DNA of 64,000 nt from Ophelia neglecta (lineage: Eukaryota). Below are positions 13,001 to 25,600 of the stretch, one piece after another. The stretch covers positions 35,340,001 through 35,404,000 of the forward strand of contig OZ260666.1 of the NCBI GenBank assembly GCA_965285935.1, written 5' to 3'. The notes beneath the pieces are model-generated. The model made no database searches. It was not told where the DNA came from and saw nothing but the letters and a program-made list of their open reading frames with translations. Both the position numbers and the translations under genes were made by a program. The first letter of the stretch is position 1; every line of letters begins with the position of its first letter.

Positions 13001-16000
13001 GTTCGTATTAATACGCCTATAGTGTTTCTCGATAGAGGTTTAGGGAAAAATTGAAATCATTTACTCTGTTTTTGAAGCAAATAGGACGAAATGCCTACAG
13101 CATTCGTTTGACGCCCAAAAATCCAAAAAGTCCTGTATATTGCCTATATACTTAGTCAATAGGCCTTTAGGCCTATAGAAATCCACTAAAAACAAGACTA
13201 TAGAAATGTATTGTGAAACTTGAAAAAGTGTCCAAAATCTGGTTCCCTAGTTTATATTGTGCATTCCAACAATCAAATCAGTTGAGTTTTAAATTTAATA
13301 TTTTATTAGTCACCGCGCTGATTATTTTACCATACAATTAGGCCACTAAATACTGTACCGGGTGTAGTTTTACAAACTGAACAGGCCTATTCCTTGTAAT
13401 CAGTTTTCAATTCCGCTAGACAAAAATCTGTCATCTTACATGGTTACATAATAAATCCTGCATGTTTGTGTCCTCTACAATAAATATAGACAAAAATACA
13501 TGGACTAGCAGGATTCGAAGTATTTCAAGACAATGCTTGAAAAATATAGAACTGTGAATGTAGCATAACCGTATAGTATCTGTAACACGCTTCACCATAC
13601 CTGGTTCGCAATGGTTAATGAGAAGCAAGAAAGCAGAACCTAATTTAAAGGGAAATATGTAAACTTAAAGCAAAAAGTATAATTATACTGAACCTGCCTA
13701 GCCTATATCTCCACAACACCGAAAACGGTTTTCTCCTACGATACATACCCGAGAGCGCGGTACAAAAAAGGCATCATTATATGATGTATATGTTTTTAGT
13801 AAGCTTGTGAAAATAGACTTGTATGCCCCTATCCTCTGAAACAACCTTTCTCATTAATACTAAATCGTTAAAAATCACAGTGTAGCCTATAATATATTTA
13901 ATCCTACTTTTCATGCATCATGGGAGTCCTCGGGAAAACTGTAAAATTAAAACTTGTTAAATCAAATTCCAATATGATGCCTTGTATTGATAAAATAACA
14001 TTTGAAACAGCCTTTTGGAGTATTTTCACCAAGACTTAATTAGTATGGACCGACGTTATGCTGAGACAGTAACTTTAATGTATGCGGACAGGCACCCATC
14101 GGAGGTCCAATCCGCTGGCGGCTATTGTTGTTCTCCGAGGCCAGATTACACAGCGGGTCAGATAAAGGTCGATGTTATTAGATCAACGGATAAGACGATT
14201 TCAGAAACGCTCTGGAGAGCTTCAAAAGGGCATTTTGCTAAATACGCGTTTTTCATTTCATTCTTCAAAATATGTTTTGCCGTCTGATTTTCGTTGCCAT
14301 TCGTATATAGGTATTTAGTTCACATAATTTCCAACGCCAAGCTTTTAGTACACAGGTTTCGAACATTACAAGATTTAAAGAACACTCGTTTTTTCACTTT
14401 GAGTGATGAAATGATTTTCAGATTGATTCATTGACTGGAGTGCATTATGCATATGAAAATACTGAATTTTGCAATGCTCCTTTTTACCGAGAATGATTCC
14501 TTCATTCCTATTTCTTTCAATCTTCAAAGGCAGATTTAGCACAACTGCAAAAGTTTCTCCAAGTCCATTAGCCGCTCTCGTTGGTCGAATACATAACAGC
14601 CTCTTTGCAAACACCGGTCTCTTTCAGTTTGTTTATTGGTTCTCACAGATATTCCATTAACTGGAATTAGCACAGAGTGGTAGGGCAAAGCGAAGGACAG
14701 ATCTCTGTTCAGTCTTGGCAAGCCACTGCAAGCGGATCCCTCTCTCTTGACAACCCAAATCAAATAAATACCTGCTGACATATGTCCGTCTGCTATCTGT
14801 GTTCGGGTCTGTGTGGTTGTCTGTTTTTCTCAGAAGGCCTGGTCAGCACAACCGTTTGTCAAACAGGCATTTCAAACCTGGAGGCTGGTCATTTCAGGAT
14901 TTTGAAAATGCGTTAAATACTCCGTGACTATTAATAATTATAGGAGACTGGTTAGGCCATGAAACCTAGGTCAGCGACCGCGCGCCTAGCTTTTACCACA
15001 GATATATATTTTCTGATTTTCGTTCAATCAATTACAAGGAGATTGTGGAATTATAGCTGACATTTTGTTTATGCCGAATGGGTTTAATTTTGTTCAATTT
15101 TATTTTATACTGTATTCATTCCAAAAACTGTGGAATGTGTATTGCTTTATTTGTTACTGGAATTAAACATGCTTCCTTAAAACCTAAAAATAACCTATCG
15201 TTGCATGGAGGCTCCCAGGTTGAGTGCGTTTGTTAATTCCCCGGCCTCCCTCCTATATATTTGAAATTTCTAGGATGCAACCAATGGTCCCACTTTTTAT
15301 AGCTTTATCTTGAAGCTAAACAGGCCGGCATACAAATCATGGATACACGACGCTTTCAGTTCATGCCTTGTCGAGTAGCTTTTGCCCCAATCCCCGTCTC
15401 CTACCGAGAAATTTGTAATATATAGGCTATACATACATGTATATTATAATTATCCGTTGAACTTTTTTCAATGAAATAAACCGTGATTATAAAACCGGAT
15501 ATTGACTGTTTCAATTATCTTATAACAATTTTCAGAGTTCCTGTTTCCCTGCCCCGACTCTAAATTCAGTAATATGCGTCTCTACTCCGCTGGGGTCACG
15601 TATATAGCACTTTCATTAATTCTCTAGCTTGCAGTGTGTATCGCTACCGTATATAGAGATATTAAACTTAGCTACATTGTATATATTTGAATCGGCCTAG
15701 GCCTATAGCTTACTATTCTATAGGGACATGCTTTGGGACATGAAATCCTAAATTTTTATTTTCACTTTTTACATACACTTTTATTCTGAACGATAAAACT
15801 TCAAATGCGGGTGATGCCAAATATATCTTTCTTTCATTGCTTAGGTGTAAATTGTAATAAAAGTCGTGTCCATTAAAACTAGGCAGTAAAGGACTTGCGA
15901 CTTAACTTAAATTTGTTCCATCATAGGTATATTCGATTTATAATATTTTTCGACAAACATTAAATTTGTTTGTACGCGCGGTCCTGGAAAGAAAGAAAGA

Positions 16001-16871
16001 AAGAAAAATATATTCAGGTGCGAGACTAGATTTCGTACGACCGAATCTGCGCTTTTGCTACTATGAAAAATTAGATATTTGCATCAGAGACGTTTAAGCA
16101 AAAAGTGGCCGAAAAATTTAGGGTTCAATTACAATAAAGCAATTCTCGCTGTTTTTGATATATATTGCACCCAGTAAAATATCGGTGAAATTGAGCGTAC
16201 ACTATAGCTTTAAAATTGGTGCCAGTTCAGGTTTTGAGCAGATGTGCCAGTTTGCGAGCAGCTCCGACATCTAGACAAATGCTGCCCTCGCTGGGTGTCG
16301 GCCCTGTACAAACAGGCGGCGGCAGATATGACAGACATGCGCTTTGTTCTCACCCCGGCGTATCATGTTTTGTTTTGTTCGGCCCATGTTTTGTTTTCGA
16401 TGCCCGTTCCTCAAACATGGGCGTGGGATCTCTGTTGTTTTCTCAGCTCTGGCCTTAAGACACCTGCATCACAACTTCCCCTGGGCCGATAGCTCTTATT
16501 TTATTTAATTCGTCGATAATACAAACACACAAGAGAGAGTTTTAAACTTTCACATTTGAGTTTGGATACGAGCCATTGCAAACAATAGTCGTATAAAGTT
16601 CATCGTTGTATATAGAATAAGATCTGGAAACCTTATTTTTTCTTGTGCTTAGGATTGTACCCCCATCCTTCCCTCCCCCCCCCCCCCTTCCACCGTGAAT
16701 ATAAGAATCGGTTATCTGCTTCCGCATTGAATAGGCCTACATGATACTTATGGATATGCTAGAATCCTTGAATTTAGGCGTACCGTAAGCATACCTATCA
16801 TATATGAATTCATATATGAATTTATATCAGCATACTAGAGGCTATATGAGGATGGATGTATTATATTTGAC

Positions 16872-16953
<82 letters not shown>

Positions 16954-19900
16954 ACGGTGGTCAAGATTCTTTTTACATCTTACGCGAGAAATTCTACTCC
17001 GTTAAAAGTCGTTTGAAAGATCAAAATGAGTTTTCTGATCCTCCTGGCTGGTAATCTCCGAGACTTATCGCTAATAATGTTGATGGTTTGGCGGAATAAG
17101 CTTGATTATCTTTGGGGCCGAGACCGCCCGTCTTCAACACAATCACCTCGGAACTGTACGGCAAACAGAGTGCAGAAATCCTAACCCAAAGTCTAAACAC
17201 TGGCTGGGCGATAATTGGCAAAGTTCACGGGAGTTGGTCAAAGTCGACCGCCTGCCGAGATGATTTGGCTCATTTTCGGCGGGCGTGATTCCACTTTCGC
17301 CGTAAATTGGTAAAACACTCGTTTAACAACAAGAATATTGAGCTAATGTAGCTGGTTAGTGAGCCATTTAACCAGTTTTAGCAGACGACATGAAAGGTAC
17401 ATGCTTGATTCTTGTTCAGACATAACAGTGCTTTTGATCTTCCTTGGCATCGGAGAATTTACAGACCGGGAATTGCCTTATTTTGTTTGAACATGCCGAT
17501 GGGGGCTAGAAGATACGACTTAACGTTAATACAATTTAAAATCTAAACTTATTACCTGCCGAGGGAAAAGGTCTGGCATGAAACACCCTTTAAAACTGAT
17601 CAAATCGCTGGAAATTTTGGGAGACTTATAGGTATTATATACTTATCATGAACGATCAGGCAACTGACAGATGCAAAAAGAAATTATTTTCAACATCTTT
17701 TCTGTTGAAAGAACGGTCATATATATAGATTAAGCTGTTATATTCTTAAATTATTTAGTTTCTAGTCTCTTCTCATATTTTACTGCTCATGTCTTTGAAC
17801 GAATTCCGGTGACCCATATACTGTATGTAGTGATAATCAGAGTAATCATATACCATTCCAACTGTGGACAATTGTGGTGCTCCTATCACTTGAGATAATT
17901 ATGCTGTTATAGTCTCCAGGGTTTCAAACAATATTAAATAGTCAGAATCAGTCTATATCTCTTTCAAGCTATTTAATAAATCAACAGGCAAAGTTGTCTT
18001 TCAATTCGAAAAGAAAACAAAACAAATGAGTTTCAATGGGAACTCTCCCTTGGGACCCTCGAATAAATAGTATTATATAGCACTGGATTCTTATCGAATC
18101 CATATCACCTAGTTTGCTGCGGTGGAATACCCCGGGGAACAGGGAACAACCCTTGTCTTGTCTAAAGGTCCATCTAGCTTTCTACGATTATCAGAAACAG
18201 TAGACTTCAACAGAAATTACTCCCCCTTAGCATCGTTCTTCGTGCACAGTCCAGGGGACCTGAAAAATGCAACTTTTTCGCATCTCAAATTTCACTCTCA
18301 CGATGTTCTGTATTTGAAAATAATTGGGTAAATATTTAGAAGAATAAAGGCGATTTTCGTTTGATACTTATCTTCGGCGTAGAATAAACAGTTTGGGATG
18401 GTCTGATTATCCGGATTATCGTTGCTATCCCACTGTCTTTTCGGCGTCTTGTCTTATCCTATTAGTGTTGAAGTTATAAAACTTTCATACGTTGATGTTA
18501 CAAAAGGTTTTCAAAACTTCAAGTTTTCCTAGAGGCTAAATCGCAACCAAGGAACCGTATGAGAATACAGACGTAATTTTGATATGAGTCAAATTATATA
18601 CACGCTATATTAATAATTATTTATAATGTTAAAAAAATTACAATTAGATCTATGCCTGCAGTAATCATTGAATTTCGATGTTCTTCCATCAAATGTCGGT
18701 TTTGTTCCATTCAAGCTGGTCTATACGAATCAGGCTTTTGAATAATGATATAAGTAAATAACCACTGCTTAAAAAAGTATGTTGGAAAAAACTTTTATAT
18801 ATGTAGAAAGGGGCCTATAGATATAGATAGTTTTCAAACCTCTATTATATGTCCTTGAGTAAGATATATATAAATATTTGTTTTATTTGTTAGATCGCCA
18901 TGTACCCTAGAAAGACTGCGTGGAACCGTATATATTATTCATTACATTTTCCATCATTATATACATTAAATGTACTTAATGTCGTCTATTAGTGGTGCTT
19001 GAATATTTCGACCCGCCTGTGAAAGACCATATTTCAAAATGAGATTATAAAATAGTTTGAATACGCATAAAGGTTTATGTTCCAGAGAAGGCTGCATATT
19101 ACTTTCTAATATTACCGGTATCGTATCAATAATGAGGTATCAGTGATGGTATCGTTTTGAATTGGCTATTTCAATAGCTTAATACTATACATTTTGGAGG
19201 CAAAAGGGGTTAAATTATAATCTAGGGCGTACAAAGTTTTGTCGATTTACAATATATGCCCTTGTTTTGAGGATCTTTGGTTTTAGCTCAAGTGGTGCAT
19301 TTAAAATGTTTTGAACAACCTATATAGTGTGAACATACAGCTTGTTTCGCATGAAACACACCCTTTTAAAATCAAAACTCTTAAAAAGTATCGTATCGTT
19401 TTGGTATCGGTATTGTATCATATATATCGGTATCAGGTCGGTTTAAATCAAACGGGGTGCAGCCCTTATTCCAGATTATGTGTCGTTAAGCCCCAAAAAT
19501 ACAAATCCAACCCTTATTCCAGATCAATCGTGATTTGAATTTTGATGCCCTATTATTAGACAGATGCTTTTACGTCATTTTATTATTTTAGGTGTGGTTC
19601 CAAAACAGACGAGCGAAATGGAGGAAAAGGGAACGCTACGGGCAGTTGCAGCACATGCGCACGATGGCCTCTTCTGGCGGATATGAGATGCCGCTTGCTC
19701 CTAGACACGAGACCTACCCCACTCAGGGCAGCTTTCCCCAGGTAACAAATACATTTTATCACCTACATGTAGATCTATATTCTTGTATTCGCGATATGCC
19801 TGCTTTTGGGTGAATTCTCATTTTCCTTGCCAATATGTAAGGGCTTTTCGAGAATTTATCCTGGGGGAGGGGGGGGGGGGCTAATTTTATACAGAAAAAA

Positions 19901-20413
19901 CATGAAAGGTGAGGTTTCCTTTGGCATTTTGTCTTATCTCCTGATTCGCCCTTAACGTATTTTTGGAAAAGGAAGTAAAATGATTGTCTGTATTGGCTGC
20001 ATGCCTGTTAATGTCTACCCCTATAATTGAAGTACTATGAAGCTGTAGACATCTTGTAAGTTAATTTTAACGTATATATTTACACATATCTTTCTTTGTA
20101 TTTACAGATGCAGACGTGTACCTGGCCGGCCACCAATGTGTCCCAGTACAATATGGCCAACATGGCTAACTCGTGCATGGCACCACAGGCGAATATGCCA
20201 AATTTCATGGGAATTCATCACAACGCAGTGCCACCTACTTCCTGCCAGCTCACGGCGCATGTCCCACAGGCCAATATGGGAGTTTCTGCTTCCTGCCAAG
20301 CCATCGACCCTTTCCACGACCCAGACAGACGGAGTACTAGCATAGCGGCACTACGTCTTAAAGCCCGGGAACACAGCGTCGCCATGGGTATCCTCAGTGC
20401 TTACGGAAAATGA
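3617..20413 (+). CDS. Alx: Alx (aristaless-like/Cart1 family) paired-like homeobox transcription factor, 5 coding exons, 403 aa
   Basis: Exons 3617-4010, 6605-6787, 7139-7317, 19592-19741 and 20108-20413 have GT-AG boundaries and matching phases (1,1,0,0). They sum to 1212 nt, an open frame. The homeodomain [47 protein letters not shown]|[14 protein letters not shown] has the Alx signature ([23 protein letters not shown]) and Q50. The C-terminal OAR motif is [17 protein letters not shown]. Confidence 0.93.
6605..6787 (+). CDS. Alx: Alx exon 2 (Ser/Pro-rich linker)
   Basis: Acceptor cgcttcag| and donor GATG|gtaggg. GC-rich, 183 nt, phase 1 to phase 1. Confidence 0.8.
7139..7317 (+). CDS. Alx: Alx exon 3 (homeodomain residues 1-46)
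   Basis: Acceptor ttttttccag| and donor CAG|gtaagg. The intron falls at the classic paired-class position between Q46 and V47. Confidence 0.95.
16875..16948. repeat. (TC)37 microsatellite in Alx intron 3
   Basis: Uninterrupted TC dinucleotide run. Confidence 0.97.
19088..19467. mobile_element. Degenerate hAT-like non-autonomous element with GGTATCG subterminal repeats
   Basis: Multiple GTATCG/GGTATC motifs cluster at 19117-19155 and 19388-19436. The right end tgcagccctt is partly mirrored by aaggctgca at the left end. Confidence 0.35.
19592..19741 (+). CDS. Alx: Alx exon 4 (recognition helix [14 protein letters not shown] plus post-homeodomain motif)
   Basis: Acceptor tattttag| and donor CAG|gtaaca. 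150 nt, phase 0 to phase 0. Confidence 0.95.
20108..20413 (+). CDS. Alx: Alx exon 5 (OAR/aristaless domain, stop codon)
   Basis: Acceptor tttacag|. Encodes [18 protein letters not shown], ends at TGA 20411-20413. AATAAA follows at 20855 and 20929. Confidence 0.92.
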   Translation: MQTCTWPATNVSQYNMANMANSCMAPQANMPNFMGIHHNAVPPTSCQLTAHVPQANMGVSASCQAIDPFHDPDRRSTSIAALRLKAREHSVAMGILSAYGK

Positions 20414-21480
20414 CCAGTGTAGCACTACCCTTCAAGTCGTCTAACCGAAAAATTTCCCCAAAACGGTTATTGTGACGGTCTCGTGCTACTAAGGGATTTC
20501 TATGTATTTGTGACAGGATGTACTATGGAAATCAAAGTTGCTACAATAGTGGATTTCCAAGACTTTTTTCAGTCACTAATTTAATCGGATTTAGATATAG
20601 CATCCTCTTGGAGTTATAACCACTACAGATATTTCTGACTGCTGACAATCTCCTTGAGTTAATGTTTGTTTCTCCGATGCCAAGAAAGTCAATATGGTTC
20701 TGAAATGTAATTTTTAGCAATAGAATGAAATCCCACCTTAGAAGACTATAAAACTGGCCGTTCGTGTGACTTTCATTAGTGAGTGACATCAATTAAAATA
20801 ATTATATTCTTTATCGTACTAATATATTTAATGAATAATGCACATTTCTCTGTAAATAAAAGTTGGACATGCTTGGCTGCGCATGCTCTCGGGTAATGAA
20901 CTAGACTAGAAATTTGATAGACATTTTGAATAAAATGAAAGTTACTCATCACGTAATGTCTTCCTTGATTTTAACTATAATTTATATAAATGAGACCCGA
21001 ACGCAAGATCAAATCTACTTGTAGACTATACAATGATTTTATTATTAAGCGGACTGATATCTAAGATATTTCCCTTTCTATAGCGTGGTATAATTGTGGG
21101 AGTTTCTTCAGAGGCTGACAACAGTAGATCTATTCTCTTCAATAAAAACAGGAAGTTTTTTTATAGGCTAGATCTATTGTATCATATCCTTTAGATGGTT
21201 GAGAATCCAAGTGACTGTTCTCTGATATGACTTTAAACACTACTCCTGAAGCTATGGACTTACATGTTCATAAATCCCTAGCACATAGCCAAGTTTATCT
21301 GTATAATCATGGAATGACTGTTTGGACACAATTATTGATCAGCCATATGGCCATGCCACAAAAATATGGCCTTAGAATTGCTTTCTTTATATCTCATCAT
21401 TCATTTTGTCAGAGCGAAGTTTCACAATTAGCACATTTGACAGATTGTTAGTTCAGGCCACACCTGCCCAGGTTCCTCAG

Positions 21481-21709
21481 CAATGACGGATGCAGAGGGT
21501 GCAGGGGGAGGAGGGAGGGGGGGGGGGTGCAGCCTGCAGGGCCTGCTTCAGGTTTTAACAGATTGGCTCCTGTTATGTATAGCCTCGAAGACTATAGTAT
21601 TCCGAGCATGGAACATCTATCCGATGTCCTCGCCACAATAGCTGCGAAACACCGTGTCAGCTGACTGCCCCCCCCCCCCCCCCCATGTGGACACCTAGAT
21701 CCGTCTCTG
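21481..21709. mobile_element. MITE with imperfect TIRs and internal poly-G/poly-C tracts
   Basis: Left end caatgacggatgcagagg...(G)n resembles the reverse complement of the right end, cagagacggatctagg...(G)n. No clear TSD. Confidence 0.5.
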
Positions 21710-22632
21710 CTGGTACACTGGTTGGGGATGGGAGTTATGTGTGTAATGGGAGTTATGATAACCGACTGGGTGTGAGTTACAGGCAATTAACCGCCCCGTC
21801 CATCATCTGTCGTCCATCCGCCATTCCTTCACTTCTTACCGCCCTGAACGCTAACAAACCGTGAAATAATACGGACATTCGTTCCGAAAATGGTCCCCAG
21901 TGGTAAACTGAGGCCCCTTTAGGCCTACTAGTAATAAAATTGTAACCAAATTCAGAAGAAACAAACTTTGGGGAATTACCCTTACCCTCCAAGCCTTGGG
22001 CCTATTTGAAACATAAACACTTTCCTGTCTTGTTATGTTGCACGTTTTTAATCAAGTTTTGGCAAAAAACCACACGTTTGATACTTCATGGAGGCATTCA
22101 CTGTATTCATTATTTGTCATTTTTCGGAATCCTGTGACAAGACACATATCTGTGTGTGGGTGGTGTGGGGACCAATTAGGGGGTCACAGGGAGATTAATG
22201 TCATAAAGGGGTTTATCAATGGATATGATATAAAACAGGACAGCGTTAAAATGGCGTCTTAGCCACAGCAGATCCACAAATATGTTTGATACTCTTATTA
22301 TTTATGTACATGTAGTACTCTAGCTAGCTATAGCTAGAACTAGCCATATAAAGACGAACTCCATCTATTTTCAATGATTCTGCAAAGAAACGACCAAAGA
22401 TATTTTTTTTCATAAAAGGAAACTATATTTCTGAAAGATAAATATACGAGTTATGAACTAAAATAGAACAATTCAAGATATAAATGACATTACCGTAACA
22501 TATTATCACTTGAACGGATTGGATGTGCTATGAATATATTGTGTACATTTCGCTGAGTTATGTAATATCGTGTTTCCGCCTCCTAATAATAAGACAACTG
22601 TGGCACTAATATCCAATGACTCAGTGATATTA

Positions 22633-25600
22633 TTAACGTTTCACTTCCATCTCCAGTTCCATAAATCGAGCTTTCCGGATGTCATTCACCAATTGTTTAA
22701 TTTCCTCCGCTGTCTGTTTCAGGGTGATCTCTCGTGCGACGTCTTCATTGATAAATCCCCGGATGTAGGGAATATCTGTCACTGTTTGATCATCTAGTTT
22801 TATACCTTGGCCTTTTCCAGACGATTTTGTCATGAACTTTCCAAGATGGTCGTCTAGTTTCGTCCCGTCTGAGGGGTAGTTATCAACCGACTGGCAGAGA
22901 TATACGGGGGCGTCTCTTTCACGATGGTGGATATTATCTTAAAAAAATATTTCAGTGAGTTAAAAACAAATCAACTTCAAACATATTTTTCTTCTTCAGA
23001 ATTTAAACATTTGATGCAATATCTTACAGGATCTTTAAGAAATAAGCTCGAATTTCATGATACTATAACCAATAAGTCAGGCACCATACAATGACTACTA
23101 TAGATATATTCACAGTCTCGCTGGTCCATTAGGCCAGCAGGCGATCGTAAATGAGTGGCGCCGCCTGGTGAATATGCTGTTCGGTCACAAAGCAGAATAT
23201 CTGTCATAGTACTGAATTTATCATTTTCACTTTCGGCGCGAAATGGCAGGTCGAATAACTGAATCATAATAAGACAGCAGATAATTATATAAAACATGCT
23301 TTTATAAACCTATTTTGTAGGGTTTTTCGCATTTACTTATTTGGCAATTTGCGTATCATAAAAATAATTAATACAAGCGGTACATGTATAAACAAACATG
23401 TATAGGCCTAACGTGTACATTAAGAGCAAAGTTGTATAGTTGTATAGTCTATTTTCAAAAAAGGGAAAATGGCCAACTTAAAGTACTAGTACCTTTCCCT
23501 CATTCTTAGTTTTGCCGGAAGTGGGTTGTACCTGCCCTGTGACGTAAAGATACTCCTGATACTCTCGAAGCCTCTCTTCTAGGGCCAGGATGTATCTCTG
23601 CTGTGTTACCATTGCCAGCTTCAACTCTGCAATCTTGTCACATAAATATTCACATAACTTAAACCATGCGCTGGGACCTGAATATTAATTATACTTAAAT
23701 GTAATCAAATGTAGTTGATGGAGTTGGCTACTATTGATGGGTCTATCTTACCTTGCTCTGAGCGGAGATGCTGACAGTGTCAGCGGCGTCCAGATCCTCA
23801 TTTGATCGTATCACAGAGGTATACCAGGCCGGCCAATCTTTGATAATAAAAATAAAATATTCATGAAACATTGTAATATTCGATAGCTAAGGAAAGCAAT
23901 ATTTAACTGCACTCCCCGCTGTATGTAGCAATTTGATAAGAGGATCTGTCGATTGTGAGCAGACTTACCAGACTGTAATTGGTTAAACATTTCTACATTG
24001 AAGCTGTTCCGTAATTTTAAGATTTCCTGCTGATACGACCCTCTTTCTTCATGCCAAGCCTCTTCTCTAGACTCAATATATGCCTAAACATGTTAAAAAA
24101 TATAGCATTGCTCTCAAGGGTTCCGAAATAATATTATTAAATTAAAGAATACATAAATGAATGATTAAATGAACGATTTAAATATGAACCGCCGCAGGAC
24201 ACGGACGGATCTATAGGGTAACTTTGGGTTGGCCAAATATTTGTTTAGCTTATATTTATTCCGCCATTTACACTCTGATTTGGTCGTTTTTTCAAAGTAC
24301 GTGACCTGACAATGAAATCACGTGGCCGCAGAATGCTAAACCTAGAGGCAGGAATACATTGGGAATGATCGAGATCTTGCCCAACAGGTGTCAGCAACAG
24401 ATAATTACCCAGGAACACACTTCCGTGATTGTGAAAAGTTGGGCAATAGTAGTGACATCAGTTACATTATATCATAAACGGCTGTTCATTCGATTTAAAT
24501 AGTATCTAATAGTATCGATTTCCACATGTGCACAAATAAATATCTGCGTTATGTTATCGGCCTGGCTAGTTACTGTCAGTGCCTTTTACACCAGCTCTCG
24601 CCTATGTCTACTTCTGTCTTGGCTAGCCAACCAAACATGGTAGGCTAAGACGCACCTGATTGGCTGACATAGCTCATAGCTTTAATTGTTTACACAATTA
24701 TATAGTCATTTTCTGCAGCCAAAAGTAGCGGAACTCTTAGATGTTATCTATATTTTCTCTGTATTTTCTAGTCAGCTACGGATGTGAGAGCTGAAGGCCC
24801 AGTTCCGGGGCGGGTGAGATGAGTAGTATAGTACGTATACATACATGTACATGGCCTCCAATGACGTCTATCATATAACTCTACCTCACCTTGGGCCCAG
24901 TGCCACAAATAACTTGAACTAACCGTACTTAATCCTTAAACTTGTACTTAGATTAAGTAGACTTAACAGGGCAAGCTTAATGGGTGTGCTGGACACTACT
25001 CAAGCAGTAATTATACTAAGTAGACTTAAGTAGACTTAAGCAGACATAATCAGTCATTAAATACTATAAGTGTACTACTTTAGGGGCAATATTCTTTAGC
25101 TGTGTACTTAGTATGGTGAATGTTTCGCATGCCTAATGAAGGACTCATTACACAGAAAGATGGCTTCATTTGTAGAGCTGGGACGCCGAAAGGTTGTACA
25201 CCACTAATACATATCTAATGGGTGGCCATCATGACATACGTATAGATACCGTACATTTTTATATAGTATAATGTCTAGCCCAAAGACGGTGGAGATGAGC
25301 GTCCATTTTGGAAGTTGTGAGAAGGACTGCTAAGTAACCTATGAGCCCGTTATTAGCCTGGGGATCTTAATCTGGTCTCAAGAAGTCGAATTAAGCATTA
25401 AGTACTTTCGGGAACACCAATGCAATGAAATAAAACAGATTTTACTTAAGTCTAGACTCTATTTTTATAACAACTTATCCAACTCACGATTCAAGTATTT
25501 TGTAGCACTCGGCCCCAGAGCTAATATAGTCAAAGTAGGACAACTAGCAGGTAAATAAATTTTCCGTGGAAATTGTTGAGACTTGTATAAAAGTATATAG

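Noticed and set aside
16804-17016. ORF with an LSLSLS repeat
   Set aside because: Translation of the (TC)n microsatellite.
7318-19591. Many short ORFs in Alx intron 3 (e.g. 9293-9481, 12471-12800, 16216-16492) as nested genes
   Set aside because: No recognisable domains or chained splice sites. The lengths are as expected by chance, and the GC-rich patches are more likely regulatory.
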